The position numbers and the translations under genes are program-made. Below the pieces are notes generated by a model, which was not told where the DNA came from, ran no database searches, and worked only from the letters and a program-made list of their open reading frames with translations. A stretch of 64,000 bases of DNA from Balanoglossus misakiensis. Taxonomy: Eukaryota; Animalia; Hemichordata. The stretch covers positions 806,001-870,000 of the forward strand of contig CM082581.2 in assembly GCA_040954595.2 (NCBI GenBank). The letters run 5' to 3'. This document shows, one piece after another, positions 14,001 to 25,479 of the stretch (position 1 is its first letter; every line of letters begins with the position of its first letter).

Positions 14001-15206
14001 ATCAAGGACATTCACGCTGATATTCGACCCTACTGGTCTATTCGAGACGATATCGCTATTGAAGATGGTATTATCCTGATAGGCAGCCGACTCCTCATAC
14101 CAGCAGTAATGAGAGATGAAATGCTACAACGCATTCATAGCAGTCACCTGGGGATCGAGAAATGCAAGCTGAGAGCCAGATCCAGCGTGTACTGGCCTGG
14201 AATTTGTAAAGATATAGAGAGACTAGTAACAGGATGCAACGCGTGCCAGAAATTCCAGAATTCCCAGCAGAAGGAACCGATGATTCCAATGGAAATTCCA
14301 CCACGACCGTGGCACACAATTGGAGCAGACCTATTCTACGTGAACCAAACATGGTACATGATAGTTGCTGACTACTACTCCAAGTTCCCCTTCATTAGGA
14401 AACTTGAAGACCTCAGAGCCAGTACCATTATGAGAGCCCTCCGAATTCTATTTGCAGAGCAAGGAATACCCGAGAAACTAGTTTGTGACAACGGATCTCA
14501 GTTTACAGCTAGAGACTTCCACAGCCTAACTGAGAAGTATGGTTTTGCGATAGTCACATCATCACCATACTATCCCAAAGGGCACGGTTTTATCGAGCGA
14601 CATGTACAGACCGTGAAGAACATCCTGATGAAGTGCAAAGAGTCCGGAGATGATCCGAATCTAGCATTGTTGGCACTTCGCGCGACTCCATTGAAGTCCA
14701 ACATACCATCACCAGCTGAGTTGCTGAACAGCAGAGCATACAAGACAACTCTCCCAGCCAAAATTCACCCAGCAAGAAACGGGGAGGAAGTTCGTCAATA
14801 CCTGACATCTCAACAGCAGGCCCAGACTTCCAGCCACGACCAGCACTCCAGACAACTACCATAATTGCTGACAGGTCAACAAGTCCATGTACAAAGCCCA
14901 ATCAGCAAAACATGGAGTCCAGCGAGAGTTGTAGCCCCAGCAAACACACCTAGGTCCTACACCGTGAAGTTAGACAACGGGAAACAAATGCGACGCAACA
15001 GGATCCACATGAAACCAGTCAGCGCAGAACTGAAACCAGCACAGACAGGGATGGATCAACACAATATTGCACCAGCAGTCACAGACGGAACACCGCCTCA
15101 ACAACCCGCAATGCCAGCGTCACCAGCCCAAGAATCGTTGAGATCAACACGAACCAGAACAAATATACAAAAGCCGTCTCGATACAAAGATTATGTGACT
15201 GATTGA
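11055..15206 (+). pseudogene. gag-pol: gag-pol polyprotein (Zn knuckles, aspartic protease, RT, RNase H, integrase) broken by two in-frame stops
   Basis: ORFs 11055-13883, 13896-14864 and 14865-15206 share one frame; stops are TAG 13881-13883 and TAA 14862-14864. Motifs: CRNCGKPNHWQVVC knuckle, FDTGA protease, LDARNGYW/IADDI RT, VDAS RNase H, HSSH...CNAC plus DLF/DNG/ER integrase. Confidence 0.95.
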
Positions 15207-15412
15207 TAGCTTTTTCTGATATTGAGATACGCCATTTGTTCCACAGAAAGTTGAGTTATACAGAGGAAAATTTATCACATTTTTCCCAGAGTATTTTTCA
15301 TGTTCGTTGCGTTTGATTTTGACAAAGACTGATTCAAGATGAATGCAGAGTTTGCACAGGACAATTCACAGTGACATTCGTATTCAAAAAGAGTTTTGAA
15401 ACAATTTATCTT

Positions 15413-15425
15413 AAAGAAGAGGGGA
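15413..15425 (+). promoter_or_regulatory. Polypurine tract
   Basis: AAAGAAGAGGGGA immediately before the TG of the 3' LTR at 15426. Confidence 0.9.
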
Positions 15426-16014
15426 TGTAGTATTCTGACAGCTTAGTCTGGTTCCCTGCCCCAATCCCACCGCTGGCTGCGCTACACTAAAGGGAAAGGG
15501 TCAGGCACGGCCTATTGTAAACATGGCTCTCATTGGTCAATACATACGAAAATTAAGTTGTTAAATTGATAAGTTGTTGTAAGATACTCATTTCCCGTTC
15601 TCTCCTTCACCTCCATGAATGTTTATCATTCGATTTCCAACTTTACAACAAACGAAACAAAATAAACTGCCTGGATGAATCTTGACTGGCATACGGACAT
15701 TGGAGGCATCCATCTTGTTTCACACCCAGGTTTCTGGGTGTGAAATCGGGCCGTACCTGACCCCTTTCCCTTTAGCGTAGCGCAGCCAGCGGTGGGATTG
15801 GGGCAGGGAACCAGACTATCTGACAGCTACGATCAATATAGCGCCCTCTAGTGTTGCATTGTTGGTGTTCCACTTGTTTATGAATTGCTGTACGATGTCA
15901 CTTCCGCCCAGATAAGGCGAAGCACATTGTTGAGTCTTTTCAGCCGATCAATAAATAGGTTGTTGTTATACCTTATGATCGCATTATTATTCCCATGTTG
16001 ATGGAAACATAACA
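15426..16014 (+). repeat. 3' LTR, interrupted by a MITE
   Basis: 15426-15443 plus 15829-16014 rebuild the 204-bp LTR. Confidence 0.95.
15444..15818. mobile_element. 375-bp MITE, ~60-bp TIRs (TAG...CTA), 10-bp TSD; AcademH-like
   Basis: TAGTCTGGTTCCCTGCCCCAATCCCACCGCTGGCTGCGCTAC...GTAGCGCAGCCAGCGGTGGGATTGGGGCAGGGAACCAGACTA; exact TSD TCTGACAGCT at 15434-15443 and 15819-15828. The intact 5' LTR shows the empty site. The family label is inferred from termini and TSD length. Confidence 0.92.
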
Positions 16015-16020
16015 GGGGGG

Positions 16021-17425
16021 ACACCAACATCGTAGTCAGTGAGGTCATCTATGGTGGTGGGCGCGTCTTCCACTCGGCACTCCTCCGCGCACGCTTGGGG
16101 GATAAAAAATGCATCAAAAACCCCTGGCGCGTCCTCGCTCCCCCTGCGTCGATGGATTCTGTGCGACTGCTTCCGCCCCCGTCCTCTCTGGTTGCTGTGT
16201 CCGGATTGATGATGTTTTCCGGTGAGGTCGGATTTCCCGGAATTCTTCCTGTCGTGATTGGGATACCCACCTCAGCAGTATGCTAAGGACACGCCAGTGG
16301 ATGAGAATCGCTGGTGTGGTGGGGGAGCTCAGTCGGAACCTGTTCGGCACCTCCCACCCCCGGAAGACGCACAGGCGCTTCATCATCACCATGGACTCCG
16401 GTGAACAAAAGGATTCCGTAGGGATCCGTCCAGGTCCGCCCCTGCGGATATAGAAGTCTAGCAGGTCGGGTATTTCATTTCCTGGACCACACAGCCAGTA
16501 TAGGTGAGTTTCTCTAACGCCTCCACCGCGTCCCGCTCGCGGAATACTACCGGCTTCTCAGTAAAAATAACTGGAAGGTGGCACTGAAAGGCGTGTTTCT
16601 TCAGTTTGCGCGTGGACCTCCGGCCTCCCGGGAACGGACATGGAGAAGGGCCTGATGAGTAATGTGGAACAGAGGATAGGGGGCTCCTTCGGGCCGGCCT
16701 GGCGCTCCTCCAGCGGCGTTCGTCTTCTTTGGGCGGTTCCGGCGTCGGAAACCGGATCGGTGATCGACGTCTGGGGCTGAGATCTCCCCAGCGTGAAAAG
16801 GATGGTCGTTAACGGGAAGGTGGGCGGTCCCGCCTTTCCTCTCGAGAACGCTCCGGTCGCGGCGACCGGGTTGGGGATCTGGACCTAGTAGGGCTGCCGG
16901 GGTGGCGTCGAAGTTCCCAGGGGATTAGATATTCCCCCGCCTCCAACGTCGCCTCCAGCTCCAATGGGTTGATCAGTGACTGCAGCGGCAGCATTTCTTG
17001 GCGTGGGGGTGATGGCTCCTGCAGCAGCCGTTGGTTTCCCCCGTCTCTCGCTACTGCTATTGGGGGTGATACACGGGTGCGGGGTGGGTCTGGCCCTTCC
17101 GACACCTCCATCGCCTGGTCCTTGTCGCCACCGAGTACCTGTTTTTCCAGCTGCGGATCCCGGAAGATGCTCAAAGTTTCCTCCAGGTCGTCAGCTGCGG
17201 TGGTGGTTCTTGTGGGCTCTTGCGGGGAGATATGGCCAACGAATCCCCCACGTACGCGGCCTGGATTGAACTCCCGAGGTAGTGTGCAGGTTTTTATGGC
17301 TGCGTCGGATGGTACGGGCAGGTTGGCTTCGGTCTTTTCCTTCCCGTATACATGCATGGCCTCCTCCCGTACCGTGGACATCCATCCTATGTCGCCTAGA
17401 ACCGTGGCTACTTGACAGTTCTCAC
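16021..17425 (-). pseudogene. GC-rich decayed coding fragment of a retroelement-like ORF (Arg/Ser/Pro-rich region, then a possible TatD-adjacent region)
   Basis: Abrupt GC rise; minus-strand frames with stops and shifts give RSPTRSPRPERSREERRDR, RKLKKHAFQCHLP, SPTTPAILIHWRVLSILL and GVFDAFFIP...DVGVPP. The identity comes from recalled similarity only. Confidence 0.4.
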
Positions 17426-17456
17426 GGAGCATCAGGAACAGTATTTTATGTCTCAC

Positions 17457-18349
17457 CTCCACTTCAGTTGTCGCTGTTGTATTTAATGTGGACGATGTTT
17501 TATATCTGTTGATAACCAATGGGCCTAGTTTAACTGTGGCACCTACATCCAGTGGCAGCGCTGTTTTCTCACCCCAAAGGTTGACTTCAGCATCTCTTGT
17601 GCCATCAGTTATGGTCAGTTTACGTCTCTTTGTAGAATTCGATGTATGTGTCACTGATTCATACTGTAGTGGAAATAAAATGGAAAACATTGAATGTTAA
17701 TAATTACGAGTAGTAAATGTTGTGGAGAAATAGTGCAAGAGTGGTTGTTTTTTGTCAGTTGCTTTTTAAAATTTGAACTGCACAATGATGAATCGATGGC
17801 AGTAATTTTGACCCGAGGTGAGTTGACAAGGCATGGTTGTATCATATAAATGGATTTTCAATGTACGTGATCGCATGGAGGCTGCCATATTGGATTACAT
17901 CCGAAGACCTTCCCATTGGGCTTCGGTTGAATTCGGGAAAGGTCCCTAAAATGTAATGGGTCATTCAATTTTGTAGAGTAAATTTCTAAAAATGTAGAAG
18001 ATGGGAGGTTAAGATACCCAAAATGACTACGGCAAAAAAAAGTCAGGCCCATAAGTTACGGGGTGCGATTATAACGTACCTTTGCTCTATCATAGAGGCA
18101 AATGGTATTATCTCTTCCAGTGGAAAAGTTGCGGAGCTGTACGTATTCTCCCTTCTGTAATCTGTTCAGCCACTTCGGATTTTCTTTCCAGAATTTAAGA
18201 TCCAGAACGTTGCCATCCTGCTGCATACAAGGCACGCTAAACAGTTTCCCGTTGGCGGAATTCCGGATCTCGACATCCTCCATGAGGCGCAATTTCAGTG
18301 CCACGCCTTGGCTGGTTGGGGATGAGGGACCGGGAGCCGGGGATGCCAT
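17457..18349 (-). pseudogene. Tandem OB-fold protein gene, copy 1: exon A (18349-18080, 90 codons) and exon C (17663-17457, 69 codons); exon B missing
   Basis: Canonical acceptors (TTTTCAG at 18363, CTACAG at 17664) and donors (GTACGT, GTGAGA), coding introns phase 0. Exon C has RRKLTITDGTRDAEVNLWGE...LNTTATTEV, an RPA/SSB-type OB signature. Upstream non-coding exon donor at ~18634; CCAAT box at ~18777. Confidence 0.7.
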
Positions 18350-19129
18350 AACGCCGTTAAACCTGAAAAATAGATTGAGAGTGGATATTGTTTTACACAA
18401 TTTTTGAACATTGAAGTAAAGTATTAGAATGATGGAGTCCGATAAAAAAGTGAGTTGGTGATTGCGGCATCCGACTTCGTTATTAAAAATGGAAAGATTT
18501 GCGATTTGAGATTCGGTTACCATTTGCAAGTTTGAAAGGAAATATTTCATTGAAGCACAGTGGCAACTACTGGGTTATGGAGAATTTTTGAAATGTTGAT
18601 GAACGGAGACTTATTAGAATCAATGAAAACCTACCTTTAACGGTGTTACGGTTACTAAACGTGAGAGACCGCTTGTCTCGTTCATCCGATTCTGAGCTCC
18701 TAGCTCTTGTGGAGACATGCGGAGGTACAGCGGGTTAACGGTTAGAAAGTGTTGATGAAAGAAATAAGTTTATAGGCCAATCAGGAGTTAGATTCGAATG
18801 TCCGAAAATGAGCTCGAGAAACCGTAGGCGAACGCAACAGACAGCAATTTAAATTTGCATAACTAGAGGTTTGGGTGGAAAGATTTCAGAATTTAACGCA
18901 CATATACAGATATTTTGTAGTGGAAATTTGAGTATATTATAAATAGTACATGTAATAAGACTGTGAATTGATTTTATTTACTGACAATTAAATGAAGTTA
19001 CCCTTTGAGTATGGGTGTTTATCGAGGGGGAGGGGGTCCAAAAAAATGTTAGAAACTGTTGAAGATGAAACCGGAAAGATGTAGCAAATTCGTTAGTTTT
19101 CCCTTTTTTGGAAATTATGCTCGAAGCGT

Positions 19130-19225
19130 GTGATTGGTCAATTAGTCAGAAGGGGATTGGTTGGAAATAGTCGAATATGATTGGGCAATAAGATCGAAGC
19201 TGAAATCCCTCAGGCTGTATAAATA
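19130..19225 (+). promoter_or_regulatory. Candidate Pol II promoter: three reverse CCAAT (ATTGG) boxes and TATAAATA
   Basis: ATTGG at ~19133, ~19156 and ~19180; TATAAATA at 19218-19225; ATG at 19254. Confidence 0.45.
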
Positions 19226-19253
19226 CGGTGTTTGTGGCGTGTACTAATGGAGT

Positions 19254-19526
19254 ATGGCTGGGGTGTGTTGTGTCGAGCAGTGTAGTATATCATTTGTGGG
19301 GCATTGAATATTTAGAACAAAGTTCTCTATGTCGGACTTCCTAACATATACTCGATCGTTGATAACAAAACGAGCAGATATTTTTGTGCAAATAGTGTGC
19401 GCAAAACAACAACTAAACATGAAGACAACAACATAGTACTGCGTGCGGTGCGACTCGGTTGTAAGCGTCAAGTCAAAAACTGCAAAGACATGCAACAGGT
19501 GTAAATATAGTCGACTGAAATGCTGA
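19254..19526 (+). pseudogene. Decayed small Cys-rich (Zn-ribbon-like) ORF
   Basis: One frame of ~90 codons with stops at 19305 and 19434: MAGVCCVEQCS...YCVRCDSVVSVKSKTAKTCNRCKY (CxxC-x13-CxxC); lies just downstream of the TATA box. Confidence 0.4.
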
Positions 19527-20786
19527 AAAACCATGAATATCGATTGGCTCAAAGTGATGGGAATCGGCTCAACTTACCGGAGGGAATTGGTACATTATAT
19601 AACGAGTAAACTAGAACGAAAGAAATCCCAGCGTGAACACTGGAAATTGTTCATAAATTAATATTTATACATGTATGTGTATATTGCGTAACCTTCGAAA
19701 ATTCGAATATCATTAGCACTTGGCGTAAAAAGTTGTGCATTGCGAGTGGGACACTGGGCAATTATTTTTATGGGCCGCCATCGCTATGCAGTTTAGATGT
19801 AGTATTTTACTCAACTTTTACCGGCAAGTGAGTGATTTGCTTTCAGAAGGTAATGAGACGGAAATAAACTTATGCAATCAGAGTTAATTATTCGTGAGGA
19901 TACAAACCTTTGCACTAGATTTATTGTAATTTTTCAGTGTATACTCCTGGCCTTCGCAGGACTTTCATTTTTTACCCGGTTTGTGTGTTTTCGGGTTACC
20001 CATGGGCACTCTCTACCTGTTTTAAAACTCTGAACAAGTCGATGTCACGTGTATCATTTTATGTACGACGTACATCATTATAATAATGCTATAGTGAAGT
20101 TTTTAAAAAGGAAATATTTTTTTAGTGTTATTCTCTTCGTTTTTTTTATGACTGAAATATGCTTGTGCTTGATGGAAAAACCGGATTCAACCTTAGCTTA
20201 ATATATGCATTATCGTTCGCAACTGACGTCATATAATGTAGCAATTTCCCTCCGGTTAAATTGAACCAATCGGCATTCCCGTTTTTCCACCATTTCACTC
20301 GAATATCTAACTCCAGGATCCTGATTGGCCTATGTAATTAATCATTCCTTTCATCAACACTTCCTAACCGTTAACCCGCTGTACCTCCGCATGTCTCCAC
20401 AAGAGCTAGGAGCTCAGAATCGGTCGGACGCAGACCAGCGGTCTGTCAGGTGTAGTAACCCTAACACCGTTAAAGGTAGGTTTTCATTTATTCTATTATA
20501 AGTCTCCGTTCATCAACATTTCAAAGATTCTCAATAATGCAGTAGTTGCCACTGTACTTCAATGAAATATTTCCTTTCAAACTTGCAAATACTACTTGAA
20601 CCGAATCGCAAACCTTTCCATTTTTAATAACGAAGTCGGATGCCGAAATTACCAACTCACTTTTTTTATCGGATTCCATCATTCTAATACTTTACTTCAA
20701 TGTTCAAAAATTGTGTAAAACAATATCCACTTTCAATCTATATTTCAGGTTTAACGTCTATTTGTGCAACATTTGACAGTACTCAC

Positions 20787-21592
20787 ATCATGGACTTTTC
20801 CTACAACGCACACCCTCTTCTTCTGTGGAGATATCTCGACTTCTGATATCATTATTTGTGGCGGATGATACAATTCTGTTACCAATTTTTCAGGTATATC
20901 CATCGCTTTACGCCCGCAAGGTATGATCTGGAAAAAAGTTTGGCGTAGTCTGTAAGTTGTGTGACTGAATCCGTAAAGATGGCATTTGGAGGAAAAATTT
21001 TGAGCATTTTTATCAGTAATCTAGTTTGTTTAAAATATTGGAACGCGATCAAAAATAAATGCGACTTGTAAACGAGTGCCGCGTTTGAATCGGTATTGAC
21101 GATAAACATCGGTAATCGGCGATAAAATCAACGGATTTTCAATGTACGTGATCGCATGGAGGCTGCCATATTGGATTACATCCGAAGACCTTCCGATTAG
21201 GCTTCGGTTGAATTCGGGAAAGGTCTCTAAAATGTAATGGGTCATTCAATTTTGTAGAGTAAATTTCTAAAAATGTAGAAGATGGGAGGTTAAGATACCC
21301 AAAATGACTACGTCAAAAAAAAGGCCCATAAGTTTCGGGGTGCGATTATAACATACCTTTGCTCTATCATAGAGGCAAATGGTATTATATCTTCCAGTGG
21401 AAAAGTTGCGGAGCTGTATGTATTCTCTCTTCTGTTATCTGTTCAGCTATTTCGGATTTTCTTTCCAGAATTTAAGTTCCAGAACGTTGCCATCCTGCTG
21501 CATACAAGGCACGCTAAACAGTTTGCCGTTGGCTGAATTCCGGATCTAGACTGTATCCTCAATGAGGCACAATTTCACTGCCACGCCTTGGC
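20787..21592 (-). pseudogene. OB-fold gene copy 2: damaged exon A (~21592-21357) and intact exon B (20927-20787, 47 codons)
   Basis: Exon B reads TTTTTTCCAG|IIPCGRKAMDIPEKLVTELYHPPQIMISEVEISPQKKRVCVVGKVHD|GTGAGT, phase 0/0. The exon A copy carries W>stop. The intron matches 17855-18079. Confidence 0.7.
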
Positions 21593-21595
21593 TGC

Positions 21596-22471
21596 ATGGT
21601 TGCAGATGATGGAGCTAAGGTACGTAACAATCGCACCCCGAAACGCCTGGGCCCTTTTTTGTGTGTAGTCATTGTGGGTATGTTAACCTCCCATGTCCTA
21701 CATTTTTAGAAATTTAGTATACAAAATTGGATGACCGATTATGTTTTAGAGACCTTTCCCGAATCCACCTGAAGCCCAGTCGGAATGTCTTGGGATGTAA
21801 CCTAAATTCAATATGGCCGCCTCCATGCGTTCACTTGCATTAAAAAAAAAACGTTGATTTTATCTCCGAGTGGCGGTGTTTATCGTCAGTACCAATTGAA
21901 ACGCGGCACTCGCTTACAGGTCGCGAGCGCGTTCTAATATTCTAGAAAGAAAAAAATGATAGTTTCGAGTACAGATTACATGTATTTTAAAACGAGGTTT
22001 GGTCACAATGGTATCACTACTTAATGACTTACAATCGATGTTTTTAATTGTCTTTGCACCACAGTATGAATCCTGTGATGGTAAATCGCATTCAACTTAG
22101 AAGGCGTGGAGTAAGTGCAACTGATGGTAACTGGGATACCAAACTGAAACTTTTGGGAGAGAAAACCTTGCCATGCATGGACGTGGGTGGCACAGTTAAA
22201 CTTGGGTTAAATACTACAGCGACAACTGAAGTCCCGGTGAGATATTATAAAATACTCTTACATCATAAAATTGAAATCCTACATGTCAATAATTTCATAT
22301 TTTCACTAATGTTTAGCAAAAAACAACTGCTCTCAACAAACCTTACCCCTCCCCCTCTTGTATTGTCAGTGCTTTGTAATCTATCAGTAACAATCCATTT
22401 TTTTCTCTCAAGGTGTTAAAAGAACCTATAGCTACTGGTGATGACATGATACCGTCCATGGGGTGTTGGAG
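21596..22471 (+). pseudogene. OB-fold gene, diverged paralogue: end of exon A, damaged exon C (22065-22236), partial exon D (from 22413)
   Basis: ...DDGAK|GTACGT; ACAG|...ATDGNWDTKLKLLGEK...VKLGLNTTATTEVP|GTGAGA with a frameshift and internal deletion relative to copy 1; AAG|VLKEP... Confidence 0.65.
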
Positions 22472-23859
22472 GTAATACACTTTCTAAGTATTAACCAGTC
22501 AGGACGTAAGTGGGGTAATTACGGCGGTGAGATCAAAGAGATCTATTTGAATGTGAAAGTCGCTGAGTGGCAGTTACGGCCAGTTCGAAAAATGTTCAAA
22601 CGGAGATTTTCGGTACTACAAGTGATCGTAGTGCACCCGTTTTTTCTAAGACGTGTATGAAACACCATAGTCAATGATAGGATGATTTTTCGTGAAGTTT
22701 TAACGACGCTTTCCCGAGAAAGACAGTTTCGGTATGTTGGTTTAAATTGTGGTCCTTGACTCTCGGCAAAGATTTCTTGTCTTGAAAAAAATTGGGTAGG
22801 TTAGGAAGATATTGAACTAAGTTACCGTGAAATTATAATAGTGTGAGCCGCTCCGTTGTGGGGTAATGACGGTGTAAAAATTGCCTTCGCCATCGACGAG
22901 TACAGCCGTGTTTGCCATATGTGTATGCATTGAAGTAGGTCAACGCATGTTAACCCATGACGTAATGGCTTCCTTTTCAACGCGTCGTTATCTCTCATTA
23001 GCATATTACATACGGAGTCTATACACTATTCACGCTGACTGACTTCTCAGGACTGACCTATGGCACAGTAAATTGTGGTCCTTGACTCTCGGCATGGATA
23101 TATTCATGTCAAAATTATGAATAGAGGAGTTTAATAATGTTTCTAAAACCTGAGGGGGTTAATTTTTGTGTGGGTATGGCTGATATTTTTTTTTTGTAAC
23201 TTCAAGGTCACTTTGAATTTCGTGATCACAATTTTGTCAGTGGAAGTAAAGAAATTCTTCTCGATAAAACTTCATGAAAAATCACATGTAGTACACTCAT
23301 AGTACCAGTAATGTGCCTGGGGTGAAATAATTGTCAGAAATGGGTTGCTAGTTGCTTAACTTTCGTTGTGAAAAAAGTTGAAAAACTGTATGCAAATGAG
23401 CAATTCAAACGTTACTGGCCAGTTCAAGTGTTTGCATTGCATGATCCCCTGCTGTTTAATTATCCCACTTACGTCCTGACTGTAACTGCAGTAGTTGCTT
23501 ACATCAGACTCCCACTATCTGCATGCAAGTTGTGGATGGATTTGCAGAGAGAGAGGCTAGTACACGGCACTCATGTGGACCTGCACTACCACATTTCTAT
23601 TCAACATCAGGTCTCTGAGTAAAAAGATGGCCATGTAAATTTTCTCTAAGTTTGTTAGAGAAATAAAGTACAACTTTAGTGTTTCACTAATTGAGTTTCA
23701 GTGTTCTTGTATTGTCTCGTTTGCCCCATGCCAACCTCAAAGTAAACGTCAAATATGCCATTTTTGACTTATTTGTCCTTGTAGTGGGCCACATAGCATT
23801 TTAGTGCAACTTATGAAAATCTGAAGAACCAAATGCCTAATTTACCCAATCTGCACAGA

Positions 23860-25240
23860 TTTATTTCAATGGTACAGACTTGATGATCAGTATAGCGCCC
23901 TCTGTGGTAGTATTGGGGGGGGGTTAACCTAGCCTTTGTATGTTTATCCCTGTCCGGTTCCATTCCACTTGTATCTATGGTAACCTAATTATCAGCAGTA
24001 AAGGCCACAGCTTTGAAACAGTTTTAATAACAAGCACTCTGAATTACACGGCCATTCTCATTGGTGCATATAGTGTAGTCACGTTGTATTTTACTGCAAC
24101 TGGTGAAAGTCTCCTAAAAACCAAATGTGTCTTTACCCACTGTGCACAGAGTATTTGAATGATACTTAGTTGATGGTCATATAGTATAGCGCCCTCTGTG
24201 GTAGTATTTTGATTATGGAGGTGGGGTTAAATCTTGTCTTTGCATATGTTTATCCCTGTCATGTTGCATTGGGCTTGTATCTATGGTAACCTAATTATCA
24301 GCAGTAAAGGCCACAACTATGAAACAGTTTTAATATCAAGCACTCTCTGAATTACATGGCCATTCTCATTGGTGTATATAGTGTAGTCACGTTGTATTTT
24401 ACTACAACTGATGAAAGTCTCCTAAAAAACCAAATGTGTCTTTACCCACTGTGCACAGAGTATTTGAATGATACTCAGTTGATGGTCATATAGTATAGCG
24501 CCCTCTGTGGTAGTATTTTGATTATGGAGGTGGGGTTTAATCTTGTCTTTGCATATGTTTATCCCTGTCATGTTGCATTGGGCTTGTATCTATGGTAACC
24601 TAATTATCAGCAGTAAAGGCCACAACTATGAAACAGTTTTAATATCAAGCACTCTCTGAATTACATGGCCATTCTCATTGGTGTATATAGTGTAGTCACG
24701 TTGTATTTTACTGCAACTGATGAAAGTCTCCTAAAAAAACAAATAAGTCTTTACCCACTGTGCACAGAGTATTTGAATGATACTCAGTTGATGGTCATAT
24801 AGTATAGCGCCCTCTGTGGTAGTATTTTGATTATGGAGGTGGGGTTTAATCTTGTCTTTGCATATGTTTATCCCTGTCATGTTGCATTGGGCTTGTATCT
24901 ATGGTAACCTAATTATCAGCAGTAAAGGCCACAACTATGATACAGTTTTAATATCAAGCACTCTCTGAATTACATGGCCATTCTCATTGGTGTATATAGT
25001 GTAGTCACGTTGTATTTTACTGCAACTGATGAAAGTCTCCTAAAAAAAACAAATGTGTATTTACCCACTGTGCACAGAGTATTTGAATGATACTCAGTTG
25101 ATGGCCATATAGTATAGCACCCTCTGTGGTAGTATTTGGATGATAGGGGAAGGGGTAACCTACCTTTTCTATACATGTATATGGTTATCCCTCTTCTATT
25201 GCATTCCGCTTGTATCTATGGAAACCTAATTATCAGCAGT
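23860..25240 (+). repeat. Tandem repeat, ~309-bp unit, ~4.5 copies
   Basis: GCGCCCTCTGTGGTAGTATT at ~23895, 24189, 24498, 24807 and 25117; reverse-complement units at 30640-30810 and 30965-31130. Confidence 0.92.
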
Positions 25241-25406
25241 GAATGCCAAATTGTAAAACAGCAACATATTTATTATCAAACACTGTATGGAATTGAATAT
25301 ACACAATATGTTTTGTGTGTTTGCTGGCTACATACATGCATAAATACGTACATACATATATTACACTCATACTCAAACACACAGCTAATGGACTCTTTTT
25401 TTCATC

Positions 25407-25479
25407 ATCCCCACCAGTTATCGAACCTGGATCTCTTATCACAAAGTGACAAGTGTGTTAACCATTACACCATGAGGAT
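25407..25479 (-). pseudogene. tRNA-derived sequence (pseudo-tRNA or SINE head), more diverged copy
   Basis: Reverse complement of 29846-29919 with a degenerate T-stem. Confidence 0.5.

Larger units (their letters stand above)
10741..16014 (+). mobile_element. Full-length Ty3/Gypsy LTR retrotransposon, Mag-like
   Basis: 204-bp TG...CA LTRs, PBS, PPT, single gag-pol frame in PR-RT-RH-IN order; inserted in a G-run (10730-10740 and 16015-16020), consistent with a GGGGG TSD. Confidence 0.97.
18355..20756. repeat. Inverted repeat of the OB-gene promoter/5' UTR block (18355-18797 vs 20298-20756); third copy at 33013-33398
   Basis: Reverse-complement match including GAGCTCCTAGCTCTTGTGGAGACATGCGGAGGTACAGCGGGTT, the CCAAT box, the first donor and the acceptor. 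Confidence 0.9.

Noticed and set aside
11200-14901. Antisense ORFs within the Gypsy element
   Set aside because: Shadow frames of gag-pol with no motifs.
16809-17690. 293-aa ORF as a real gene
   Set aside because: Chimeric: intron sequence plus OB exon C read through a splice donor into an unrelated GC-rich fragment.
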